64,000 nucleotides of DNA from Orbicella franksi (lineage: Eukaryota), in the NCBI GenBank assembly GCA_964199315.1, contig OZ116705.1, positions 11,470,001 through 11,534,000 of the forward strand. Reading direction: 5' to 3'. Made by a program: the position numbers and the translations under genes. Shown here in pieces: positions 20,714-32,700 of the stretch. The first letter of the stretch is position 1. Each line of letters opens with the position of its first letter. The notes beneath the pieces are model-generated. The model was not told where the DNA came from and searched no databases. It saw nothing but the letters and a program-made list of their open reading frames with translations.

Positions 20714-22750
20714 TCATTTTGACTCAATAAGATGCATCAAATCAGATTCCGCTCCTGACGAGCTAATGTCGGCATTCTCTCCTTCACTTTCACTTTGCTG
20801 CGGACCATTGTCAATTGTGTCACCGCGCGTGATTGCGCGCATGAAATCGAGACGTTCCTGCGCGTGAGAAGCTTCCAGTTTGAAGCCCATCTTTATTGCC
20901 TTCTCCTTCGCCAAACGTGCAAACTCTTCTGCCTCCGAGTAATTACTGCGTCGGTATTCCAGATCAGAACTAGCCAGGTAAAACAGACTTCTATCGCCCT
21001 GCGCCATCTCTGACCAGTACTTTGTTGTCATCGTGTCTAGGCACGACAGGGCTGTGGCGATAAATTCCTTCCTTACCGTGCGTTTTCGCGCTGCATCGGT
21101 GCGGCAATCCAGCAAAAGCATCGTCATTTTCACCAACACAAGTACGAAGTGGTGTTTCATCACAGACATATGGCTGTTTTCTGTTTCCACATGCAGGCAG
21201 ACGTCGATGCACTTTTCCAGATTACGTCGAACTTCATTCACTTGCGTAAGGCTTCGATGGGAAGTGCGTCCGATGAAATCCATTAACATACTGGCTCGTT
21301 CGTAAGCAATCAAGCTTGTGTCGAGGCTTGTTTGACACGCAGCAATGTTCTGCTCCGCTAGTTGCACATAATGCTCAGCCTTCCCCAGGTCGCCTTGTCT
21401 TCTCGAGATTCCTGCTCGATAGCCGAAGCCTCTTCCGGCCAGGAGATGCTGATTTTTAGCTTCAGGCATGGAAATGAACGCCTCATCGATCAACTGCAGA
21501 GCGCGGTCCGGCTGGTTTTGGTAACAAGCTTGCACGCTTTGTTCCAGTTTAATGGCTATATGAGTGTCCGCATCACTAAACATTAGCAATAGATCGCTTG
21601 CATACTTGTCAAAATCTTTCCACTTTGCGTTGTCACGGCGTGACTGAAGCTGATTCACAACCCAGGAAGATCTTTTGTACAGCACAGTGCTCTCCTTAGA
21701 AAGGGAAGGTGGGATCAAAGCAAACAATTTGGAAACCGCGCTCTCTTTAGGCTTTTCCTTAGTCTTGCCTGATTTTGATGATATCAGGGACCCTGTTTCT
21801 AGCGTGACCGAAATTTGGCAGATCGTTTCACAAGCAGTGTGTTCCTTTACACTTCTTAGTTTTCCTCTTCTTTTCCGTGGAGCGGCTTTCAAGGAAAAAG
21901 TGATCTTGTATTTGGTGTCAGACTCGTGGAAGCGGAACAGATAACCGACAACTCCTATCATGGACCCTTCTGTGTCGCTTTCACTTTTGCTTTTGATGCG
22001 TTTACACTGATAATCAGGCAATGTAAGACTAGATTCACCAGCTACATCATAACTTACTGCCACTGTCACATCGTAATTGTCTGCGATGTCAAGCGCTTCT
22101 CTTGTATGTTGATTCTTACAGACCAGCAGTTGTACTAAGTGATCGTTGTCGCAATCGGGGAAGCCAAGTCTACTCCGACCAACGCTCAGAGGTCCACGGG
22201 GTTTCCAGTGTTCTCTCAAAACAGGTTGGCCTTCGTTGTTTCCTTTTATCTTGCTGGAGTCCCCAGAAGGTGTCGAGTTATCCACTGGACTAAAATTTAG
22301 GACATTATCGCTCCCAATTTGCATGATACAAGGGTTAACAATGTTCATAACAATAGCATTCTCACTTCCCCTCGAAGCTCGCTCTTCCTCGCCTGACTCA
22401 CTTTCGGAAACGTTAGGGAAGCCAAGTCTACTCCGGTCAACGCTCAAAAGTCCACGTGGTTTCCAGAGTTCTCTCAACACAGGACCACCTTCATCGCCGC
22501 TTTTAATCTTGCTGGGATTTTTAGAAGGGATCGGATCATCAACAGTTTTAAAGTTCAGCAAATTATCTCCACCAATTTGCAATATACTGGCGTTAATATT
22601 CAAAACAAGGGAGTTGTCACTTCCGCTTGCTGCTCGTTCTTCCTCGCTTGAATCACTTCCAGGATCATCAGTCCCATTGTAATCATTTGAGGCTCCCACT
22701 GCATCGCATCTTTTCACTCGACCTTCGTCAAAATCTCCACTAGTAGCCAC
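20714..22750 (-). CDS. Double-RHIM / beta-domain / TPR-like protein, copy C, 678 aa, GTG at the orthologous start
   Basis: Intact reading frame; two QIG..N motifs 86 aa apart; gcgaaGTGGCT where copy F has gcgaaATGGCT. Confidence 0.8.
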   Translation of the reverse strand: MATSGDFDEGRVKRCDAVGASNDYNGTDDPGSDSSEEERAASGSDNSLVLNINASILQIGGDNLLNFKTVDDPIPSKNPSKIKSGDEGGPVLRELWKPRGLLSVDRSRLGFPNVSESESGEEERASRGSENAIVMNIVNPCIMQIGSDNVLNFSPVDNSTPSGDSSKIKGNNEGQPVLREHWKPRGPLSVGRSRLGFPDCDNDHLVQLLVCKNQHTREALDIADNYDVTVAVSYDVAGESSLTLPDYQCKRIKSKSESDTEGSMIGVVGYLFRFHESDTKYKITFSLKAAPRKRRGKLRSVKEHTACETICQISVTLETGSLISSKSGKTKEKPKESAVSKLFALIPPSLSKESTVLYKRSSWVVNQLQSRRDNAKWKDFDKYASDLLLMFSDADTHIAIKLEQSVQACYQNQPDRALQLIDEAFISMPEAKNQHLLAGRGFGYRAGISRRQGDLGKAEHYVQLAEQNIAACQTSLDTSLIAYERASMLMDFIGRTSHRSLTQVNEVRRNLEKCIDVCLHVETENSHMSVMKHHFVLVLVKMTMLLLDCRTDAARKRTVRKEFIATALSCLDTMTTKYWSEMAQGDRSLFYLASSDLEYRRSNYSEAEEFARLAKEKAIKMGFKLEASHAQERLDFMRAITRGDTIDNGPQQSESEGENADISSSGAESDLMHLIESK

Positions 22751-23004
22751 TTCGCTCGGGAAATTTAATTTTGACGCTTTCTACAATTTTCCCAACGGGT
22801 TGTCAAAACCGATACAACTTTATCAGGGAGTTATCACATAGCCAGCTTCCAAGACGGCTGAGTAATGGTTTAGAAAGCAAGACATCGCCGTAAATTCAGG
22901 CTCTATTTAAGCTCATACACCAGACACGTAACCAGATGATATGAAATCGAAAGCGTAAGCAATTTTTTCGTAGCTGTTTTTTAAAATAGATGTAACCTCT
23001 CCTC

Positions 23005-23015
23005 GGGGATTCCCC
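23005..23015. promoter_or_regulatory. NF-kB site upstream of copy C
   Basis: GGGGATTCCCC ~255 bp upstream of the start. Confidence 0.6.
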
Positions 23016-23827
23016 AGTGCGTGATGTCAGAATCAAACTTATCTTGTGTCGTTTTGACATTCCTTTCGAACATCTGTCGTTTTTATATCTTTACTTTCAC
23101 TTGAAAGTGAGCAGTATTTTTGGAAGGAAACTACTATAGGTATTTCTGTCTTCTGATTTTTTTTTCTTCCTTTTTTTTTTTTTTTTCTTTTAAATCGGTT
23201 CCTTTTCAGCTAGCTAATGATTCATCATTTGTTGAACGTGTTCCTTTTCACGTTCATCACAACTCGTTCCCAGAGCCCGCACTTTTTCGATCAACCGTGA
23301 CCGAACGCGTGACTAAACGACTAAAAAAACACAGGAACACAGGTAACTAACAGTGCATTTATTTTTACTGCTAATAATGTAGTGTACGGGTCCCCTGTGG
23401 ATACACTGAGTTCTCTCTTTCCACTGTAATTTGTGGTCGAGCACTTCAAATTAACAACTTTGATACGGGCTAAATGCCATGCCGGGAATGACAAAGGTCC
23501 AGTGACTTAAAGTCATATATTAAAAGATCAAACAACTACAGGAAAAGCATTTAAATATATACATAGCTTGTTTGGTTTCAGATTACGTGATGTTCGTTAT
23601 TAAAGGCTAGCTTTATTTCTTACATTGGTTGGAAAATTTGATGTTAAAAAAGTTCCGAGAGAACAGTCTGCATGGCAACGGTTCTGCCTTCAAATGTCGA
23701 AATGGATGCCTCTCAGTTTATTTTCAATATTTAATTTGTGCGTTTGCCGTTAGTTCTCGGTTTCCACTCAGTGAGATATCAGTGCTGTACATGTATATGT
23801 GAGGTCATTTCGACTCAATAAGTAACA

Positions 23828-25996
23828 TCAATTCAATATTGCAGTCAGCCAATCAGACTCCGCTCCTGACGAGCTAATGTCGGCATTCTCTCCTTCGCTT
23901 TTACTTTGCTGCGGACCATTGTTGATTGTGTGACCGCGCGCGATTAGGCGCATGCAATCCAGACGTTCCTGCGCTTTTCGCAAGTAGTGGCCCATCTCCG
24001 CCGCCTTGTTCTTCGCCAAACGAGCAAACTCTTCTGCTGCCGTGTAATTGTTTCGTCGATATTCCAGATCAGAACTAGACAGGTAGAAGTAAACTTTGTC
24101 TACCAGCGTCATTTCCGACCAGTACTTGTTTCTCAGTGTGTCTAAGCACCATTGTGCTTTCGCGATAAATTCTTCATTTACAGTGCGTTTTCCAGGGGCA
24201 CCCAACGACCGTTTTCTCTCTAATGCTGTTAGATGCTGTTTTAGGCTATCTGGAGTACTTTTAAAGCTCTGTAGGTTAATTTTAGGTTGCACTAAAAAAA
24301 TTTTATCTGTTCGGATATTCTAGGGGAACTTGAGTATTCTCGAATTTATTAGGGCTTTTTTGTCCATTTCCCGAAAACCTTAGGTCTTATCGCCTTTCCG
24401 AAAATGATAGCTGACCTTTTTTCGGTACTCAAAACGACATTTTCAACAGTCCGAAAACAACAGACATTAAATTTCTCATATCACGAAAGTTCGAGGTGCC
24501 AATTCTCTCAAGAAAATCAGAGGGGATTAAAGGCTTTCCGAACAGATAATTTACCGAAACGATCCGTTGGGTGCCCCTGGTTTTCGGGCGACATCGCTGT
24601 CGCAATCGAGCAAAATTGTTATCATTGCGAGCAACGCAATCACGAAGACCTGCTTCACAAACAAATCGCTGTTTTCTGTTTCCACATGCAGGCAGACGTC
24701 GATGCACTCTTCCAGATTACTTCGAGCTTCATTGACTAGCTTCAGGCTTCGATGGGGAGTGCGTCCGATGAAATCTATTAATATACTTGCTCTCTCCCAA
24801 GAAATCAAGCTTGTTTCGAGGCCCGTTTGACACCCAGCAATGTTTTGCCAGGCTAGATTCACACAGTACTCAGCCTCTCCTAGGCTTCCTTGTGTTCTCA
24901 AGATTTCTGCTCGATAGAAGTAGCCCCTACCTGCCAGAAGCTGAGGATTTTTTGCTTCAGACATGAAACTGAACGCCTCGTCGATCAACTGTAGAGCGCG
25001 GTCTGGCTGGTCTTGGTAAGAAGCTTTCATGCTTTGTTCCAGTTTTATGGCTATGTGAGTGTCTGCATCAGTAAACGTCAGCAATAGATCGCTTGCGTGT
25101 TTATAAAAATCTTCACTCTTAAAGCTGTTACGGCACGACCGAAAATGATTCGTAACCCACCAGGATCTTTTGTACAGTACAGTACTCTCTTCAGAAAGGC
25201 AAGGTAGACTCAAGGCAAACAATAGGGAAACAGTGCTCTCTTTAGTCATTTTCTTAGCCTTGCCTGTTTTTGATGATATCATGGGTCCTGTTTCTAGCGT
25301 GACAGAAATTTGGCAGATCGTTTCACAAGCAGTGTGTTCCTTTAAACTTCTCTTTTTCCCTCTTCTTTTCGGTGGAATGGCATTTAAAGAAAAACTGATC
25401 TTGTATCTTGTGTCAGTTTCGTGGAAGCGGAACAGGTAGCCGATAACTCCTATCATGGATGCGTCTGTGCCGCTTTTAGTCAGCTCACTTTTGATGCGTT
25501 TACACTGATAATCAGGCAATTTAAGACTAGATGCACTTTCTCCATCATAACTTACTGCCACTGTTACATCATAATGACCTCCGATGTCAAGCGCCTCCCG
25601 TGTATGTTGATTCTTACAGACCAGCAGTTGTACTAAGTGATCGATGTCACAATCAGGGAAGCCAAGTCTACTCCGACCAACGCTCAAAAGTCCGCGTGGT
25701 TTCCAGTGTTCTCTCAACACAGGACCATTCTCGTCGCCGCTTTTGACATTGCTTTGATTTTCAGAATGGATCGAGTCATCCACTGATCTAGAGTTCAGAA
25801 AATTGTCTCTAGCACTTTGGAAGATACTATCGTTAACAACATTCAAACCAAAGAAGTTGCCATTGTCGCTTGTTTCTCGCTCGTCGTCACTTAAATCACT
25901 TCTAGAAACATCGGTCCCATTGCAATCATCTGCAGCTCCGACTGCTTGACACCTTTTCACTCGACCGTCGTCGAAACCTTGACTACCAGTAGCCAT
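23828..25996 (-). pseudogene. Copy D, MITE-disrupted paralog with degenerate RHIM
   Basis: Removing the 393-bp insert+TSD restores a 591-aa ORF highly similar to copy E; RHIM core reads FQSARDN. Confidence 0.85.
24193..24579. mobile_element. MITE inserted in the copy D coding sequence
   Basis: Perfect 15-bp TIR CAGGGGCACCCAACG; 6-bp duplication GTTTTC (alternatively a 16-bp TIR with a TTTT TSD); the empty site is seen in copies E and G. Confidence 0.93.
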
Positions 25997-27751
25997 TTCA
26001 GCCAATAAATTTAATTTTCACGCTTTCCACAAGTCACCCAACCAGTTGTCAAAATAATTTTTTTGTGTGTGTGTGAACATTTGGTAAAACACGTGACGGT
26101 CAGACAGATTGGTGAAAATTGGTAAAACATGTGACGGTCGTGGTGATGGCTTCCTGACAGTCAAGACATATTCGTTCGTGACGACCATCACGAGTGCTTG
26201 ACCGTCACGGGTTTTACGGGCGCCGAATATTTCTCACGCAAAACAATTCATTCTCATGGAATAATAAATTACACAGCATCCACGTTGGCTGAATATCGGT
26301 TTAGAAAGCCAGATGTCCATAAATTAAGGTAATTCGCTTGAAATAAAACTGTCAATAGATTTTTGTTCAAACTTTGTCAAATGAATATTTATCATATGAG
26401 AACTTTAATTCTAAAATAAAAGGGGTTGGTGTCCATGCTCGTTAAGGAGTAGTGAGCCATTGAAAATGTTCCATTTTGGCATTATTTAATGCTTGTTACA
26501 AGAACGCATTCCAAGTTATTGTAAAATCTTTATGAACCCAGACTCATGAAAAGCATGAAAACATGCCTCACACTACAGTCAACACTTGTGTCGGACACAA
26601 ATAAGCTTTTTGAGTTTGATTTTGACAGACAGCTGAATCCTTGTTAAAATATTAGAACCAAATTGCTTGCCATGGCTACCAAACTGCAAAATAGAAAAGA
26701 CTACAGTGCAGCTGCTATTTTCCTTATTTCTTTAATTTTCAGCAATAGAAATCAAATCAGTCTTTTCTCACGCAAAGCTAATGATTAGTTGATTAAAACG
26801 ACGTGTGGAAAAAAAATTGGGGTGCCCCAGCTCGTTAGTGGGCTGTAGCCATTTTTCAACCGTCACGTTTTCAATAATGTACGCGTGCACGACGGGGCAG
26901 AGAGCGAAACGCGATACACGAGCGCGGAGCGCGCCCACGAACGCGAAGCTCCTCGCGGTCTATTCTATGGATAGCAGTGTGCCCTTGTAAACAAAATGAC
27001 GGCCGCTTCTTGGCGTTTACGAAGTGTCTGTGAAGAGGATTTAGATAAAGCTTTGCCGGAACGACTAGTAGATTTATACTAAAACAATTAGATTATACGC
27101 TCTCGATTTCCATGCGTGATAGTTGACTCGACTAGTAGATTTCTGCATATGCTAAATCAATTAGATTATTCGCTCTCCCTTTTTATGCGTGATAGCTGAC
27201 TCGGGCTGCGCCTTCGTCAACTATCATGCTCCAGAGCTCATAATCTAATTGTTTAGTAGTGTGTGGTTAGGCTTCACTAGACCTTTTCACGGTCTCTGGC
27301 GCCATCTTACTTGTGGGGCAAACCTGGCAAAAATTACAATAAATGTATGGGGAAAATGGAAAATCTAATGTCGAACAGCTAATGAAAAATTCGAGCTCAG
27401 AAGTATTTATGAATAAAAAATTAAAGATACTAGGTTAAAGAATTTGCAGATCACATTTGAGGCGGAAAATCACCTCTCTATTTAAAAGCCATAATCAAGG
27501 TTTTGAAATTTCCGTGATACATTCTTTTGTCTGTAAAACCGAGTCGCAATCTGCGGAAAAATTCAGAGACATTTTTATGAAAAATTTAAAAGTGCAATTA
27601 CTCTCCAGACAGCGCGCAAGTCTATGTTTTTCAAATTTGGTCAACGAAACCCTCTGTTGAGTATCTGCTCCTTCCAACTCATTAACTACTCAGAACCTCA
27701 AACTTTTAACTTTTCCCACGCATATACTGCAATTTTGCTGTGTTTGCCGTC

Positions 27752-28195
27752 CCTAGGGGGGTTCCAACATGAATAGGACGCGGTTGCTCAACGGAAATTT
27801 GGAAAAGAACCCCTAAAAGGTGCCAAGATGCCGCTTCGTGGGTGTGGCTTGAATTTTTTTTCACCCCAAAGAAGTACCAATTCTAACACAAGACATTAAC
27901 TCCTGTCATATTTTTTTTTTCGCTTATACCATAAAAGGTACCTCAAAAGCTATCGCTGTGGACTTTTTGGGCCTTGACTTGTCTTAACANNNNNNNNNNN
28001 NNNNNNNNNNNNNNNNNNNNNNNNNNNNNNNNNNNNNNNNNNNNNNNNNNNNNNNNNNNNNNNNNNNNNNNNNNNNNNNNNNNNNNNNNNNNNNNNNNNN
28101 NNNNNNNNNNNNNNNNNNNNNNNNAAACCTCTTTTAAACTCCTGAGAATTTCGACGAGCACCCCCGTCCTTTTTACGTGGGAATCTCCCCTGGGG
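27752..28195. mobile_element. MITE spanning the assembly gap
   Basis: Left end ccctagggggggttccaacatgaataggacg resembles the revcomp of the right end ccccaggggagattcccacgtaaaaaggacg. Confidence 0.6.
27990..28124. other. Assembly gap (135 N)
   Basis: Run of N. Confidence 1.
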
Positions 28196-28754
28196 TTTGC
28201 CCCTCAAGCTAGGTCTATTCTCTCCAGTGTTTCGAACCTTTCCTGGTCTTAGTACATGTTTATTAAAAGAGATTTGAACGTAATTTGCAACTGAATGCTC
28301 CATGCATTTAATCGTGTGTCTTGTCGCGTAGTTAAAACATGTTTTACACCACGTGACGCTGCTCCACACCAGAAGAAGCGTTGCGTGACGACCCGAGTAA
28401 CAGCTGTCAAGGAAACAACTTTTACTGTAAAATTAAAAAGCCTGAGATCTCCTCTGTCTCACTGACTTAGGTCTTCAGTAATGTTGCTGCCTCGTGAGAT
28501 GCTTTTCACAAACTTTTACAACTAGCATCAGATCTAGAGGAATGTCTTTAGAAGTTCACAATGATATGGGCCCCAGGACTTGTAAACATGGCGTCGAATT
28601 AGTTACTGTGAAAACAAGGTTTTCTTCAGAAAGTTTTGACGATTTGGGATCTGCATAGGAGGCTTCTCTTAGGTGAAGAAAAATACATTTTCACCAATTG
28701 ATCCCTTAAAAATTTCTCCTTCTAATAAATTTGCTTTTTTGAAGTTTTCATTAA

Positions 28755-29751
28755 GGTGGTATATACCCCAAAATATGTCGATGTTTATGAAAAATTCCAT
28801 TTTTTAAAAAATACAAGATTAAGACCCTTGAACACTTATTAAAAACATTTTGAAACGATCTTGCCGAATTTACCTCTAGGTAAGTGTGAAATTTAAGGAA
28901 AGTACACAGTGGTATAAGATTTTTTACGTAGCAACGGCCATTGCAACGGCTGTTTTAATATATAAGAACGATACTTTGTGGTAAAGCTGTAAAGAGATGC
29001 ACGACTCGATTGCTGTAATTACTTGGGAAAAGGTTTTGCCTGATTTACCATCACGGGCTCATTCATTTTCCTTATGAAAAGGAACATTTCCCATAACTAC
29101 GGAAACTTTTTACAAAATAGAACAACCATTATTCCCCCCCCCCCGCCTGCAGATCCAATCTGCACCTCCCCCCCCCCCGCGATGTTTGGCTTGTTAAATG
29201 CTTAATCCCTCATGTAAGAAATTTCAAGTGCGTTTTTCTCAACTGTCTACTTTTGTACCAACTGACTTCACGCCAACATTTCTACCTTGGAAGGTATTTA
29301 AGAGAAATTCCTGAAATTTGGGGTAATCAAAGATCAATGGCGTCGTGATGCAATAAACTAAAAAAATCATAACATTTTAACATCTGTCACGTGACACTAG
29401 ATAATTTGTTCACTGAGTTTGGTGCAAAATAAGGTTATTTCCAAATAAAGCCTGTGGAAACCACTGAAAACAAGAGTTAACTGTCAAAACTTTAGTTTAT
29501 TACATAGAACGAAACAGAAAATTACAAGATATTCTTGTTTGAAAATCAAATCTTGTTTTGTGAAAGAGCACGAACTGTTGGCGTCAATACCGTGAAACTC
29601 TACATCAAAAGGTTGTGGCTGGTTTCCATAGCAACCATTTTGAGTAAAACTTTCAAAATTTAATTTCTCTTTTTGAGTGCAATAGCACAATTAATCTTTC
29701 TTCACCATATTTAAACAAACGTTTTGGTCCATTTTAGGGTACCATACAACC
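28755..29751. mobile_element. Kolobok-like non-autonomous DNA element
   Basis: TTAA flanks, GG...CC termini, imperfect TIR (ggtggtatatacc / revcomp ggttgtatggtacc). Confidence 0.6.
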
Positions 29752-29783
29752 TTAATAATATCCCTCGGTCCTTTGAATTAATC

Positions 29784-32700
29784 CAGGAGGGAGAGGTCAA
29801 CTTCGCTTGCGTTGCCATGGGATTGCGCGCCCGATGATCTTGGCCATTATGACGTCACTCGTGTGCCGGCCCGTGAAGTTTCAGTGAGCGCTAAAGAATG
29901 ACACCAGACAAGTTTTTCATCCGATGATTGCTCAAAGAATTTGAAAGAAAGCGATCAACAGACCACAGGAACAAGATAACCTGTTAATATTATGTCCAAA
30001 AATACTTTGGTGTTCAAAAACTAGAAGTCAGAAGGCACAAAAACATGCAAAATTTCGAGATCGCTCAATTAAAAACGCGATTGAAAAGTGGAGCTTTGCA
30101 CCCGTTTCTTGGGCGATATCTGGAGAACCCAACAATGAACAACACGAACACAAAAACATGATCTTGATATGGTTTAAAACGTTCGAATAGTGATGAAAAC
30201 GAATCATTTAACATGTGCATAAAATGATCAGTGGGTTTAAACCCATTATTTTGTAGACCATAGCGTGGAGGACCCGCTGATCGATACTCGAAACCCTCGA
30301 ATTATGAGAAAATGCTCCCTTGCAAAGGCATTTGAACTATCAAGTCATACGCTGGGTTGGAAAGTAAATAATGTACCAAGGAATTATTTTTCTGCGCTAA
30401 ATTATCCACAAAACCGTCAAAGATAACATTTTCTTCTGCGAGGCCAACCAGCTCCGAGCAGACGTGTGGATATTTTAGATGGTAAAATGATATAAAATCA
30501 CTCTACAGGAGACCTAGATGAAACGGATAATATTCAGAATAACACGGACCAGACCTCTTGTCAGAAAGGAGCTTCATTTCATGTCAAAATGTTCGTCAAA
30601 TATGAGATTGGAGCATGATCCGTTTCCTCGGGCGTCCGCATGCAGTGCAAAGCTGTTTCTTCTTCTGAACTTCCGACAAGAGAGGTATCCTGAACTGGTG
30701 CTTTGGGTTCTATTTATTTTTCATTTCTCAGTATAGACTGTATAGACTGTAAAAGACAACTGCGTAGGATGTCATATAGAAAGACCTAAAAAATACAGAA
30801 TCTGGTTCCAAGCAGCAAGTGAATTAAAGACGAAAGGATATATGAACAGGGATACTTCCTATGCTAAGTCATTAGCAATAAGAGTTAACTTAACAAGGAG
30901 AAACTTGTTAAGCCAAAATGACTTTTTGCCAAAACAAAGAGTTCAGTAGAAGGTTATGACAAAGCTAGAAAGATCAATATCAGGTGATCTCTTATTAAAA
31001 CCAAACCCCTTGTTTTCTAATAGTATCTGTCTTGACAAACTGTAATAGCTTTACTACCACTAAGTTTGAAATGATAATCAATTCTTTTCTTTATACTTTA
31101 TGCTTTTAATTTTCATCATAAATCTTATGTGAACAAAGATAGCTCTAACAATTATTTTACACTAGACTTAAACTGAACTACAAAGAAGTATTCTCGAGAA
31201 GAGTGTCACAGAGGTTGTACTTGTAAACATGAACTTCAAGCCTGATTTCTCCCCAGCTCCTTCCATCCCAGGTTCCCTGTTGCTTTTTGCATTGATGAGT
31301 TTATTTTTGGCTTCAAGAGAATGATAAGTGTACATTTCCAGCAAATAACACACAGGATTGGGTTTTAAATGTTTAATTGACAGTACATTGACAATAAATA
31401 GATAGCTTTCCATGGTGGTTGCATGTACTGCCAGAAATGGGACCTGCTTGAATGGTCTTGCAAAGGTAGCGGAGGATGGTAACTTAAGGTTTAAAAAGAT
31501 CAAAATAATAAGACTCCTCATAATATTCACCAGTCAAAAATTGCAGTAAATGTTTATATGACCTCCCTTCCCTCTTTGGTTTTCATATCGCCCCTAACTC
31601 TTTTTAACAGAACATGTAAACTAAAAGACAAATTTCCTAATGAGATCCAGCACCAAGAACTCGAGTATGTATTTACCATTAAAAAAATGCAATTCTCACA
31701 ATTAAATGATCCAACCCCCATCCACCTTTTAAGTCCCGTCCAAGCAGATACAATGCGGTAATGTACATGGAGCTAATATCATAATTTATAAAACATTAAA
31801 TAGCTCATTTCCAGTATCAATGTATTGAACTGAGGTCTTCAGATTTTCAGCACCCTCACCTGCACAAAAAAGAAAAATAAAATTTTCTGAAGCATGTCAA
31901 ACAAACTACAACAATCACTCTGCATAAAGCATTTTTGGATCCTTACTTAAAGAAAAGTTACAATATTGTTTAGGAATTAAAATAAATCAGACTTCCAATA
32001 CCTAAATTGTTGATCAACAGTGCCAATTTTGTAAACATAATAAGATTCAGCAACAGGAACTCAAGGCGACCAAGTTTGGTACTCAAGTTTTGCTATATAA
32101 GCATACATAATTGCAGCTGACAGTGAGGCCCCATATTTGATCTTAGGTAACCAAGAAAGCCCTCGCCCCAGTGATCCTAAACGAGCTAACTTTCACTGTT
32201 TTATTGAGAAAGTGAAACACAAGCCACCCTTAGCAACATAACCAAGGTAATCCTGGTAGCCATGATAACCTTTTTTCGTCAAAATACTATGACTGGCCTA
32301 CTTGGAGCAACTCATGGTATGAAGAAATAAAAATTAACTCACAAAACCCCACAGTGATCAAATGACTGAAAGGAAGCCAAAGAAAGAAGGATAACTGAGC
32401 ACTGGAGTATGAAAAAAGGCTTAAGTAATCCTGGAAGGACCACTTCATGTCATATATTAAACACTTGATAAAGTTGCCTCAGAAGGGTCTGATAGGGTTG
32501 CCTTCAGTACCCGAGACCATATAAATGGGGCCTTGTACTCTCTCCTCTGCAGAGGCTCCCTATGGGAAATTGAATATACTCCGAACTACCAGCCTGTGGT
32601 TAAAGCAGCACAAAAGTGGCCTATGAAGAAGAGAAAAGTCTTACAACACTAGACTGCAAACGATGGGTAAAATGTAGACTGCAGGCTTTTTAGGAATATC

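Noticed and set aside
24193-24579. MITE in copy D being spliced out as an intron
   Set aside because: A GTAAAT donor exists, but the YAG acceptors near the other end are out of phase and lack a pyrimidine tract; only RNA-seq could rescue this idea.
28179-28188. Additional loose kappaB matches (also ~14150 and ~51423)
   Set aside because: They lie inside MITEs and match only the degenerate consensus, as expected by chance.
27943-28369. ORFs across the N run; the gap hiding further paralogs
   Set aside because: The ORFs are produced by Ns. Both gap flanks look like the two ends of one MITE, so little is probably missing, though this is unproven.
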